A stretch of 24,000 bases of DNA, taken from contig NZ_CP073748.1 of assembly GCF_024398035.1 (NCBI RefSeq), forward strand, positions 1,377,520 through 1,401,519, written 5' to 3'. A program made the translations under genes and the position numbers. This stretch comes from Kordiimonas sp. SCSIO 12603 (GTDB lineage: Bacteria > Pseudomonadota > Alphaproteobacteria > Sphingomonadales > Kordiimonadaceae). Of the stretch, positions 1 to 8,481 are shown piece by piece. The notes beneath the pieces are model-generated. The model had not been told where the DNA came from. It saw only the letters and a program-made list of their open reading frames with translations, and searched no databases. Position 1 is the stretch's first letter, and the number at the start of each line of letters is the position of its first letter.

Positions 1-1215
1 AAGCTTGCAGAAGCGGATGACCGGATTGAAGCAACATATCAGTTCCCGTTCCTTGCTCACGCACCGATGGAAGCACTGAATGCAGTTGCTCATATTCATG
101 ATGGTAAGTGTGAGATTTGGGCGGGCTCTCAGTTCCCGACAATTGAACAAGCAACTGCCGCCGCTATCACCGGTTTGCCGCTTGAGAAAGTGGAAATCCA
201 TACGGTTTATGCGGGCGGCAGCTTTGGTCGCCGCGCTACACCAAACGCTGATTATATCGCCGAAGCAGTGGAGATTGCACACCGCCTTGGAGATAGCACA
301 CCAGTACACCTAGTGTGGTCTCGTGAAGACGATATTCGTGGTGGTCGTTACAGGCCTGTTGCTGTGCATAAAGTATCAGCATCCGTGGGTGCTGACGGTA
401 TGCCAGAAGCGTGGGAACATACGATTGTTACCCAATCGATATTGAAGGGTACACCGTTTGAACCAGTGCTTGTGAAAGATGGCATTGATTCCACATCAGT
501 AGAAGGTGTGGGTGATACGCCGTATCCAATACCAAATCTTGATGTGAGCCTGCATTCGGTTGAATCCAAAGTGCCAGGCCTGTGGTGGCGTTCTGTAGGG
601 CATACGCATACAGGGTATGTGATGGAAACCATGATTGATGCCTGCGCAAAGAAGGCGGGTGTTGATGCGCTTGATTATCGTATCAAGCTGCTGAAAGATC
701 ATAAGCGTCACAGTGATGTGCTGGCGGAACTCAAGGCAAAATCTCGCTGGGGTAAACCGCTTGGGAAAAATAAAGCGCGCGGTGTTGCTGTGCATGAAAG
801 CTTCGGCACTGTTGTTGGGCATGTGGTTGAAATCAGCCGAGATGGTGATGGTTACATCAGCATTGATCATGTCACCAGTGCTGTGGATTGTGGCCTGGCG
901 GTGAACCCGGATGTGATTGAAGCACAGGTGCAGAGCAGTGTTGTTTATGGTCTAAGTGCCGTAATGCAGTTGCAGATCACGCTTGATGAAGGGCTTGTGG
1001 AGCAGGACAACTTCCCAAGTTATGAACCTATGCGTATTTCCCAGATGCCAGAGGTTGAGGTGCATATTGTGAAAAGCAGTGTGCCAACACCGACGGGTAT
1101 TGGTGAACCGGGTGTGCCGCCAATTGGCCCGGCATTTGTAAACGCACTTACTAATCTCACAGGAGAAACCTATACCAAACTTCCGCTTGCGGAGCATGGT
1201 GTGGATTTCGCCTAA
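1..1215 (+). CDS. Molybdopterin-binding large subunit, xanthine dehydrogenase / isoquinoline 1-oxidoreductase beta-subunit family (5'-truncated by window edge)
   Basis: The listed ORF starts at 67, but the frame is open back to base 1 (KLAEADDRIEATYQFPFLAHAPMEALNAV...). Family-typical segments: FLAHAPMEALNA, GGSFGRRA, HVTSAVDCGLAVNPD, GIGEPGVPPIGPAFVNA. Confidence 0.9.
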   Translation, partial: KLAEADDRIEATYQFPFLAHAPMEALNAVAHIHDGKCEIWAGSQFPTIEQATAAAITGLPLEKVEIHTVYAGGSFGRRATPNADYIAEAVEIAHRLGDSTPVHLVWSREDDIRGGRYRPVAVHKVSASVGADGMPEAWEHTIVTQSILKGTPFEPVLVKDGIDSTSVEGVGDTPYPIPNLDVSLHSVESKVPGLWWRSVGHTHTGYVMETMIDACAKKAGVDALDYRIKLLKDHKRHSDVLAELKAKSRWGKPLGKNKARGVAVHESFGTVVGHVVEISRDGDGYISIDHVTSAVDCGLAVNPDVIEAQVQSSVVYGLSAVMQLQITLDEGLVEQDNFPSYEPMRISQMPEVEVHIVKSSVPTPTGIGEPGVPPIGPAFVNALTNLTGETYTKLPLAEHGVDFA

Positions 1216-1240
1216 ACTCTCTCATGTAAGTGGGATATCA

Positions 1241-1268
1241 AACGCGGCTTTCGGGCCGCGTTTTTTTA
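1241..1268 (+). terminator. Rho-independent terminator after the molybdopterin subunit gene
   Basis: Perfect 7-bp stem ACGCGGC / GCCGCGT with loop TTTCGG, followed by TTTTTTT. It abuts the end of the convergent ion-channel ORF. Confidence 0.85.
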
Positions 1269-1739
1269 TATGATGGGGTCATCCCAGCTTTTGGGGTTAC
1301 TGCTAAAGGACATTTCATGCACAGATTTCGTACGAAGTGCAGTGAGGAATTCAACCTGAAATGCAGTTGACCAACCAAATACAAGGAAACCGTTGGCAGC
1401 GGTAAGGCCAGAAAGCAGGCGCCAGTTATCGGGTAGGATGATATCCCCGAAACCGAGGGTGGTGTATGACACCAGCGCAAAATAAACGGCAGTTTCGAAA
1501 GTATCGAATATATCAAGCCCGATATAGACAAAACTCCACAGAACTACTTCAATCAAATGTGCTGCCATTACCCAGATAACAGAAACTGCAAGTGCGATAG
1601 TCGTCGACCAGAAATGAGGGTTGTTTTGCGCCCAATCTGTCAGCTTTTTATTGCGTTTAAGCGTGATGGATAGAACGCCGGCATGGATGAAGGCAGTTGC
1701 CACAATAACCGCAAGGCCGATTAATATCTGTATCAGCAT
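1266..1739 (-). CDS. Small two-helix ion channel (potassium channel-like pore protein)
   Basis: 157 aa, hydrophobic N-terminal helices, pore-like segment YFALVSYTTLGFGDIILPDNW (selectivity-filter-like TLGFGD), then another hydrophobic helix. Confidence 0.75.
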   Translation of the reverse strand: MLIQILIGLAVIVATAFIHAGVLSITLKRNKKLTDWAQNNPHFWSTTIALAVSVIWVMAAHLIEVVLWSFVYIGLDIFDTFETAVYFALVSYTTLGFGDIILPDNWRLLSGLTAANGFLVFGWSTAFQVEFLTALRTKSVHEMSFSSNPKSWDDPII

Positions 1740-1750
1740 ATCTTTTCCCT

Positions 1751-1972
1751 TCAGGCCTGTTTAGCAGCTTTCCTCGCACGGATTTCAGCAAGAATACGCT
1801 CTGAGCGCTCTGTGGCACTGTCGATAATTTCCTGCTTTTCAGCATTACTTGCCCGTGACCAGCGGCCAATATCATCGCGTGTTCGGAAACATCCCATGCA
1901 GAATTCACGTGCACGGTCCAGTTGGCAAACACCCATGCACGGACTTTTGATTTCTTCAACGGTAGTGTTCAC
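1751..1972 (-). CDS. DUF1289 family protein
   Basis: 73 aa; Cys pattern SPCMGVCQLDRAREFCMGCFRTRDDIGRW is typical of DUF1289. Confidence 0.85.
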   Translation of the reverse strand: MNTTVEEIKSPCMGVCQLDRAREFCMGCFRTRDDIGRWSRASNAEKQEIIDSATERSERILAEIRARKAAKQA

Positions 1973-2194
1973 GCCATACTTTCCCTGGAACGTTTTCTCT
2001 TAAATGCTGTTTAGCAGGATTGGCGCATAAAATCAGCTAGTAACATGAGCGTCACTTTATTGTGTGGAATTTATATCAAATTGTAAGGTTAAGGATTTGA
2101 TAATAAACAGTATATAGAAAACCTATTGGGGCCGGATTGCATCGTGTGGCTTGGCAGCAGTCACGATTGGCAATTTGTATGTTGAGGTAAAAAG

Positions 2195-2905
2195 ATGTCC
2201 GAATTTCTCGGCTTCTCTCTGGCGTTGGATCTGCTTTTCAATGGTCAGAATATGGATTATTGCGAAAGGCCGCTCAGCCTTTCTGCGATGGATAAATTCA
2301 ATATCATTGATGATATCCGTGAAGGTGGCCATGTTGCGGTAATCGCGCCCGGTGGCGGCCGTTTGGTGCGTAACCTTGTTGAGCGCGGTTTCCGTGTGGA
2401 TGCCTTTGAAGGGCGTGAGGAATGCCTTAGCCACCTGAAGGACCGTTTCGCAAACTTTCCTCGGATTGAATTAAGTAACATGACCCGGCTCGAGGATCCG
2501 TTTAAGCGGGAAAAGATGCATTATGATGCGATTTTCTGCATGGATGATCTTCGTTCTTTCCGTGAACGTGCTGGCTGGACAGAACATGTGCACCGTATCA
2601 TGAAGCCTGAAGGGCATTTCATTTATTCGCAGGTATCAAACAAGCTTCCTGCAAAGAAAAATACTTTGGGTAAATATTTTAATCTGGTTGGTAGCCATAA
2701 TGTAACGGAAGATACCTCTAAAGAGATCAGAGATAGTTACTTGAATCTGGATTACTGGCGGCCCACGGAAAAAGATATCAAGATGGCGAAAAGCACACTT
2801 GATATGGTTAAATCTGCTTCAGGCCTGCGCCGAAATATCATGAGTGGTGTGGAAGTTCGTTATGTTGTGTGGCAGAAGAAAAGTCTGACTGAAAGCATTT
2901 CATAA
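2195..2905 (+). CDS. Class I SAM-dependent methyltransferase-like protein
   Basis: 236 aa; motif I-like VAVIAPGGGRLVRNLVERGFRVDAFEGREE, later YDAIFCMDDLRSF and HRIMKPEGHFIY. Upstream purine-rich TTGAGGTAAAAAGATG. Confidence 0.6.
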   Translation: MSEFLGFSLALDLLFNGQNMDYCERPLSLSAMDKFNIIDDIREGGHVAVIAPGGGRLVRNLVERGFRVDAFEGREECLSHLKDRFANFPRIELSNMTRLEDPFKREKMHYDAIFCMDDLRSFRERAGWTEHVHRIMKPEGHFIYSQVSNKLPAKKNTLGKYFNLVGSHNVTEDTSKEIRDSYLNLDYWRPTEKDIKMAKSTLDMVKSASGLRRNIMSGVEVRYVVWQKKSLTESIS

Positions 2906-2994
2906 ACCTTTTTCTATAATTGTTGCTTCATCAAGGGTTAAGTTAGCTGGTATATTATTGGAACCAACAATAGACAGCGGACGGAGTTGGTTAA

Positions 2995-3429
2995 ATGATG
3001 AAAGCACTTGGAACAGCACTGGTTTCCTGCGCGTTGGTGGCCACTGCTGCAGCAGCTTCCGACAAAGGTAGAGATCCAGAAAAGGTAACAAAAGAACTCG
3101 CTAAATATGAGCAAACTGGCGAAACCAAAGCATGTATTAAGGTTTCAAGAATTAGAAACACTAAAGTTCTTGATGATTATACAATTATCTTTAATGGCCG
3201 GAATAAAACCTCTTATTTGGTTAATCTGGAAAACAGGTGTCACGGCTTAGGCTTTGAAGAATCTATCGCTTACACGGTTCGAGCAGGTAGTTTGTGTAGA
3301 AGTGATATCTTTAGTGTTATCAACAGGGGGGGCGGTTTTATTCGTTCAACCTGTGGGTTCGCTTCCTTTGAGGTGATGAAGAAGTTACCAAAAGATCAGC
3401 AGAAAAATCAGCCGGCCCAATCAGAATAG
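2995..3429 (+). CDS. Small secreted/periplasmic protein, possibly DUF6491-like
   Basis: 144 aa with signal peptide MMKALGTALVSCALVATAAAA; conserved-looking CIKVSRIRNTKVLDDYTIIFNGRN...YLVNLENRCHGLGF...LCRSDIFSVI with paired cysteines. Confidence 0.55.
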   Translation: MMKALGTALVSCALVATAAAASDKGRDPEKVTKELAKYEQTGETKACIKVSRIRNTKVLDDYTIIFNGRNKTSYLVNLENRCHGLGFEESIAYTVRAGSLCRSDIFSVINRGGGFIRSTCGFASFEVMKKLPKDQQKNQPAQSE

Positions 3430-3450
3430 GCCGATCGGATACTCTTAATA

Positions 3451-3488
3451 AAAAAAGCCGGAGCAGCGTTATGCATCCGGCTTTTTTA
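3451..3488. terminator. Bidirectional Rho-independent terminator between convergent genes
   Basis: AAAAAAGCCGGAGCAGCGTTATGCATCCGGCTTTTTT: GCCGGA/TCCGGC stem (GCA/TGC can extend it with a bulge), with an A-run on one side and a T-run on the other. Confidence 0.85.
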
Positions 3489-3507
3489 GTGAATATCTTT
3501 AGAAGCT

Positions 3508-6500
3508 TTAGAAAGCCAGGCCGAAGTTGAAGCTCACTGAATGTGCGCGCTGTTGATCAAGCTTTTCGTACGCATAGTGAATGCGTGCGGTCGAATCGAT
3601 ACCGAAGATATTGAAGGCACCACCGATTTGTTCCACTGATTTTGCTGTCCGGTCTACTTCCGCTAGGAAGCTGGTGTCGCCGCCTACAAAAATTGCTTCG
3701 AGTGGTTCTGCATCAGCACCTGACAGGTTTTGAGTGTAGGAATAGAAAATCTCAGGCCGTACAATGCGTGTTTCATTTCTTGTTTTCCAATTGAAGTCGT
3801 AGCCGAGAGCCGCGCCAACTGTACCGTCTACCCGTGTGAAAGATGTACTTTCCACTGTTAGGTTTGCGCTATCGCCACCTTCTTCGGTGTAACCACCTTC
3901 TGAATAATTTTGCGCAGCAATACGGCCAAACGGCTTGATGCTTAATTTACCAACAGAAAGATTGTATCCCGCCTCGGCAGTAGCAACAAAGTTCCATCCA
4001 TTTGTGCGGCTTGTTACAAGGCGGTCAACGGTACCAAACTCGATATTCCGTTCACGGCGAATAGCAACATATTGCACCGTTGCCTGACCACCAAGATAGA
4101 AGCCACCAGCGCGTGTAAGGGCATAAACGGATGTAAACGGTGCGAAGGTTGATAGTTCGCTATCAATCGTATCATCTTTACCGGAAAGGCCGTTCAGCGT
4201 GAAGCCAGCGTTTACACCAACCACCAGATTTTTATTCACCGGAGCATCATAACCAAAAGTCAGGCCAACTGTTAAAAGACTGGCATCAAAAGCACTGATT
4301 TGGCTGGTGCGGTCACCGATTGAAGTTACCTCACGTGCCCATCCGCCGCTTGCGAAAGATTTGCCTTCTACATAGTCACCAAGCCGGTTTGATAAGTGGT
4401 TTGCCAACTGGCGTCTTGAAGCCTGTGCAAGGTAGGTAGAACCACCTGTGATATCAGGTAACAGAGCATTCAAAGCCGCTTCGGTTGTTTCCTGAGTTGT
4501 TAGACCAGATAGGCTGGCTTCCAGAACGTTATCCAGGTCAAGGCCACTGGTTACGATGTTGTCGTATAACCCTGTGGCTGCTGAATTGACATTAAGTTCA
4601 GATGCATCTTTGGGGCGTACATTCAGTGTAATTGTGCTGCCATCAGTGCCATCATTTTGTGTAAGTGAAACATCAAACAAGTACGGCGTGTTTGAAAGCG
4701 CAAGAGAAGAACCTGCGTCAGCCAGTGAAATATTGTTCGCTGTAATCAGATCAAAAGACTGCTGAGAATTCGTGAGGCGGGTAATAACTGGCACAATATC
4801 CACATCAGATGATGCAGTGAGTGTATCTGTAATGATCAGCTGGCCGTTTTGACCCGCTTCAGGGTTTACAATAAAGCGTAGTTCCGCATCGCCAGAAAAA
4901 TCAGCATTGGTGAAGTTCAATTGGCTAACGGAAGCAATTTCAATATCTGCATCATTCACTGAAAGGTCAAGTGTACCTTCAAAGCTTGAAGAGCCGCTGA
5001 AAACAGCTTCGTTGCGAATATTAAGCTGGTTGTTACCAAGCCCAAAGGAAAGGTCGCCTTCCAGTGTTCCGCCCTGAAGCGTAACGGTGTCATCACCGTC
5101 GCCCATTAGAACATCACCTACAAAAGTACCAGAGTTTGTAAGGTTGAAGCCGCTGGTGTTTGCTCGTACATCAAGGGCAATCGTATCACCACCGCCATTA
5201 CTGTCTGTGGCGATCAGGAAATTGCCTGTGTTTGTGAAGGTTGTAAGAGTGCCAGAGAGGTCCCGAATACCGTATGCGTTTTGACCTTCACCCAAGGAAT
5301 TTACCTGAATTGTATTGTTGTTGGTAAATTCAGAAAGTGAACCATCTTCACGGATCAGAATAGCTGTTGCCACACCACCGGGGCCGCGTGTTTGTGTACC
5401 ATCACTGTTATTGGTGATGAGAGCGTTGGTGCCGATGTTGATGATGCCCTGATTAAGGAACGTTGGTACGGTTACATTATTGCCAATAATTACACCCGTG
5501 GAATTATTATCCTGGGCAATAAGAGAAATGGAACCTGTATCAAACCAGATGCCACCTTCAAAGGTAACCGGGGCATCAGCTGTACCCTTGAATTCTACGC
5601 CTGTTGATTCAAGGCCATTGGAACCGCCGAGTGTTTCAATACGGCCTTTATGTACCCAGCTAAAGCCTGTGTCGCCAACTTCACCAAGTACAATATCATT
5701 GCCGCTTTCAGTAGAATCTACCAGAAAAGCAGGAGCCCCGCCTGTTGAGATAATAACGGAATCTGTTGCCACATCCGGATTGCCGTCATCATCCACATCA
5801 TTGTTTTGGCCTACGCCTTCAAACAAAACACCGCCAGTGATGCTATCTTCGATAAGAACCACGGCCTTCGCAGGTTCGGCTGCATTATCCGAAGTTGCAA
5901 CATCACCTGCTGTAAGGTTGCCTGCAATAGTGAATGAACCGTCAATGCGGTCACCTACACGAACAGCAACAGCGCCTTCATCATCAGTGTTCACGCTGCC
6001 ATCAATGGTTACATTGCCTGTTACCGGGCCATTAATATCAATACCAATGGTGTTAACGCCGATAACGTTGATATCACCATCGTAATTGATGTTGCCTTCA
6101 AAAGCGGTATCAATCGCAAAACCGCGGCCACCGCTGCCGTGTACATCGAACACGGCAGTATCTTCTATAGTAATATCACCTGCGTACCCTTGGTCGCCAT
6201 CAATAAGCAGGCCTACAACAGTTGTGTTGTTGGATTCGTTAAAATCACCAGCAGCCTGTACAGCTACAGAAACAGAACCAGCAAGAGTTAGGTCAGCCTG
6301 AATACGTTGATTGGAGGTATCAACAAGAAGGCCGCGCCCTGCCGCAATATCATTTGATGTAATGGTGCTGGAACTTTGGAGCGCAATATTATGGTTACCA
6401 TCCACGATAATCGCTGTCCCGTTTCCAACAGTCACCGATCCATCGGCGGTTACAGTAAGCGTGCCGTTATTGCCAATATTGAAACCACTTGTTCTTAGTG

Positions 6501-6615
6501 TTGTGGTGCGGGCTTCTCCCAATGTCGCATCCTGTGCGAAAGCTGGTGCTGATGCCAGAACGGCAAAAAGAGCAAGGGCTGAAACCTGTTGGCGGCGTGC
6601 AATACTACGAACCAC
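3508..6615 (-). CDS. Autotransporter outer-membrane beta-barrel protein
   Basis: The ORF is open to 6729, but a GTG at 6615 with upstream AAAGG precedes a clear signal peptide (VVRSIARRQQVSALALFAVLASAPAFAQ). Repetitive Gly/Asn/Asp/Thr-rich beta-helix passenger; C-terminal barrel ending HSVSFNFGLAF. Confidence 0.88.
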   Translation of the reverse strand: MVRSIARRQQVSALALFAVLASAPAFAQDATLGEARTTTLRTSGFNIGNNGTLTVTADGSVTVGNGTAIIVDGNHNIALQSSSTITSNDIAAGRGLLVDTSNQRIQADLTLAGSVSVAVQAAGDFNESNNTTVVGLLIDGDQGYAGDITIEDTAVFDVHGSGGRGFAIDTAFEGNINYDGDINVIGVNTIGIDINGPVTGNVTIDGSVNTDDEGAVAVRVGDRIDGSFTIAGNLTAGDVATSDNAAEPAKAVVLIEDSITGGVLFEGVGQNNDVDDDGNPDVATDSVIISTGGAPAFLVDSTESGNDIVLGEVGDTGFSWVHKGRIETLGGSNGLESTGVEFKGTADAPVTFEGGIWFDTGSISLIAQDNNSTGVIIGNNVTVPTFLNQGIINIGTNALITNNSDGTQTRGPGGVATAILIREDGSLSEFTNNNTIQVNSLGEGQNAYGIRDLSGTLTTFTNTGNFLIATDSNGGGDTIALDVRANTSGFNLTNSGTFVGDVLMGDGDDTVTLQGGTLEGDLSFGLGNNQLNIRNEAVFSGSSSFEGTLDLSVNDADIEIASVSQLNFTNADFSGDAELRFIVNPEAGQNGQLIITDTLTASSDVDIVPVITRLTNSQQSFDLITANNISLADAGSSLALSNTPYLFDVSLTQNDGTDGSTITLNVRPKDASELNVNSAATGLYDNIVTSGLDLDNVLEASLSGLTTQETTEAALNALLPDITGGSTYLAQASRRQLANHLSNRLGDYVEGKSFASGGWAREVTSIGDRTSQISAFDASLLTVGLTFGYDAPVNKNLVVGVNAGFTLNGLSGKDDTIDSELSTFAPFTSVYALTRAGGFYLGGQATVQYVAIRRERNIEFGTVDRLVTSRTNGWNFVATAEAGYNLSVGKLSIKPFGRIAAQNYSEGGYTEEGGDSANLTVESTSFTRVDGTVGAALGYDFNWKTRNETRIVRPEIFYSYTQNLSGADAEPLEAIFVGGDTSFLAEVDRTAKSVEQIGGAFNIFGIDSTARIHYAYEKLDQQRAHSVSFNFGLAF

Positions 6616-6909
6616 GTGTGCGTCCTTTATAATTCTTTGTCTGCTGTCTGATACGTGCCAGACCGCAGTTTCCTCCGAGTGCTGTATAGTGCTTTTGCAA
6701 GCTGAATGTTTGCTGAACAACCCCACCAAATACAGCCAGCCTATAATTCAGTTGAAAAATAGGGCAGATATAAGGCGTTGGTAACAGAAAAACCGCTTAG
6801 GGCAAAGCGCTATTCAGTGCCAGTGCAGATGTTTTCTGCCACTAGCATAAATAAGCCACACCCATGCTTAAGTTTATTCCCTGATTAGAGAAAATTTTAG
6901 ACTTTGGTT

Positions 6910-7620
6910 CTACAGTTCCCGAACCAGTTTTACGGCGCGGGATGTGAACTCGCGGCGGGTCAGTACAAACACCACAGCAAGCGTTGCGCTCATGAAAACA
7001 AGGGGGCCAACAAACCATGTAAGCCCCGCAAGCGCGAAGAAATAGGCCCTGATGCCCCGGTTGAAATGGTGCCCGGATGCAGAAGAAAGTTTGGCAGCCA
7101 CTGAGGCACGTTTCATACGCGCGGCTTTATCTTCATCATAACGGCTGTCGCTCATGCCGCCGATCACAATGGCACAGTAATTGGCAATGCGGAATGCCCA
7201 TGCAAACTTGAAGAAAGCATAAATGAAAATCCCTACCAGCAGGCCAACCCGCACCACGAAACCATCTGCGGTTAAGGGTTTCGCCAGTGGAATATGGGCA
7301 AAAGCTACTGCCAGCTGTTCGCTATAGCCCATCGCCGCAATAAGCCCACCCAGCACAAGGATAGTGGAGGACGCAAAAAAGCTGATACCGGTAACAAGAA
7401 TTTTAAGAACGCCCGTATCAATCATCCGCATCTCGCGGTTCGCGGCTTCTGTTAACCAGCGAAGTCGCTGCCCATCCATAAGGTGGGAAATTGCTCGGGT
7501 TTTATATTTGCTATGGTCTGCAAGGAATGTGTAAAGCGCCCAGAGAAGCAGGAAAAACAACAGCGCCATCATATCCATATCGCTGAAGTTCAGGCTTTCA
7601 GTGAATGTGGTGAATGTCAT
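6910..7620 (-). CDS. DUF599 domain-containing membrane protein
   Basis: 236 aa, multiple TM segments, FFKFAWAFRIANYCAIVIGG and HFNRGIRAYFFALAGLTWFVGPLVF segments typical of DUF599. Confidence 0.85.
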   Translation of the reverse strand: MTFTTFTESLNFSDMDMMALLFFLLLWALYTFLADHSKYKTRAISHLMDGQRLRWLTEAANREMRMIDTGVLKILVTGISFFASSTILVLGGLIAAMGYSEQLAVAFAHIPLAKPLTADGFVVRVGLLVGIFIYAFFKFAWAFRIANYCAIVIGGMSDSRYDEDKAARMKRASVAAKLSSASGHHFNRGIRAYFFALAGLTWFVGPLVFMSATLAVVFVLTRREFTSRAVKLVREL

Positions 7621-7750
7621 ACTGATCTTCCCCTCTCGGCTTGGTTCCCTCTAGCTCAATACCCATAAAACATGCTGTTGGCCGTTTCTGCAACGTATTG
7701 TTTTTATGCGTGAAAACCACTGGTCTATTTTTGCATTGGGCCTTTGCAAT

Positions 7751-7945
7751 AATCGTCACTTCCAGTCTGAAGATCCATCCCCATCTCTTGAACGTAGAGA
7801 TATGAATTCTTCGGGAAATAAGCCCCCAGCATTCCCAACCTGTGCCTCGCCCTACACAAAGCGCAGGTTTCCTCACCTCAGCTATCATTCCCGTAAGCTG
7901 ATGGTCTAAGCCCGCAACAGTCCCCTGATTTACTGTTGCGGGCTT
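7751..7945 (+). ncRNA. Candidate structured intergenic RNA (unclassified) ending in an intrinsic terminator
   Basis: Closing pairing AGA(T)CCAT (7771-7778) with ATGGTCT (7901-7907). Enclosed hairpins: ATCTCT/AGAGAT (7783-7801), CCTGTGC/GCGCAGG (7839-7867, one G-T pair), CAGCT/AGCTG (7879-7900). A strong terminator follows directly. The 5' end is not resolved. Confidence 0.4.
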
Positions 7946-7949
7946 TTTT
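7909..7949 (+). terminator. Strong Rho-independent terminator
   Basis: AGCCCGCAACAGT / ACTGTTGCGGGCT, 13-bp perfect stem with loop CCCCTGATTT, followed by a long T run. Confidence 0.9.
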
Positions 7950-8024
7950 TTATTAAGAGGTTCACTTTTGGGGTGTGTCTCCCATATAGTGAAATAAGAA
8001 TGGTTCGCAAAAGGAAGATAGCTT

Positions 8025-8405
8025 GTGCGCTATATTTGGATGGCATGTGGGTGGATAGCATTTGTGCTGGGGGTGATTGGTGCCTTCCTGCCACTTTTAC
8101 CAACGGTACCCTTTCTTTTGCTGGCAGCTTTTTGTTTCTCACGCGGCTCGGATAAACTTCATAACTGGCTGTTGAACCACGAAAAATTCGGTCCGCCTAT
8201 CGCCGAGTGGCGCAAACACGGCGCCATTGCCACGCGCGTGAAATTTATGGCCATGGGCTTTATTCTTTTCTCAATCGGATTGAGCTTTCTCTATGATGTA
8301 CCCACACGCGGTTTCATCATCCAGATCGTGGTACTGTCCTGCGTTTCCCTCTTCATCCTAACCCGTCCTGCGCCCCCTAAAGAGGCCACTGAAGAGGGCG
8401 AGTGA
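8025..8405 (+). CDS. YbaN family (DUF454) inner-membrane protein
   Basis: GTG start with upstream AAGGAAG; MACGWIAFVLGVIGAFLPLLPTVPFLLLAAFCFSRGSDKLHNWLLNHEKFGPPIAEWRKHGAI is diagnostic of the family. Confidence 0.9.
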   Translation: MRYIWMACGWIAFVLGVIGAFLPLLPTVPFLLLAAFCFSRGSDKLHNWLLNHEKFGPPIAEWRKHGAIATRVKFMAMGFILFSIGLSFLYDVPTRGFIIQIVVLSCVSLFILTRPAPPKEATEEGE

Positions 8406-8481
8406 ATTTGCTCTTAATAATTGAAAAATAGTCTTTAATGTATATCTTGAGCACCTTGCTGGAATAAAGCGTAGGTGGGGG

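Noticed and set aside
5480-6085. Long plus-strand ORF (201 aa) antisense to the autotransporter gene
   Set aside because: It is Pro/Ser/Thr-rich low-complexity protein with no domain, and it is a by-product of the repetitive, codon-biased passenger sequence on the other strand.
3508-6615. Autotransporter passenger as a possible phase-variable or tandem-repeat locus
   Set aside because: The protein has degenerate beta-helix repeats, but I see no exact tandem nucleotide repeats or homopolymer tract that would indicate slippage.
7598-7888. 96-aa minus-strand ORF overlapping the DUF599 start
   Set aside because: Cys/Trp/Lys-rich random-looking sequence that overlaps the real DUF599 N-terminus.
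7706-7909. 67-aa plus-strand ORF ending exactly before the strong terminator
   Set aside because: No ribosome-binding site (TATTGTTTTTATG), unusual composition and no recognisable motif; the structured-RNA reading explains the region better. It should still be tested as a small protein.
7909-7949. Resemblance of AACAGTCCCCTGATTT to part of the enterobacterial 6S RNA (CAGTCCCCTGAGCCG)
   Set aside because: The match is only in the terminator loop region, and the overall long bulged-rod architecture of 6S RNA is not evident. I treat it as chance unless cmscan says otherwise.
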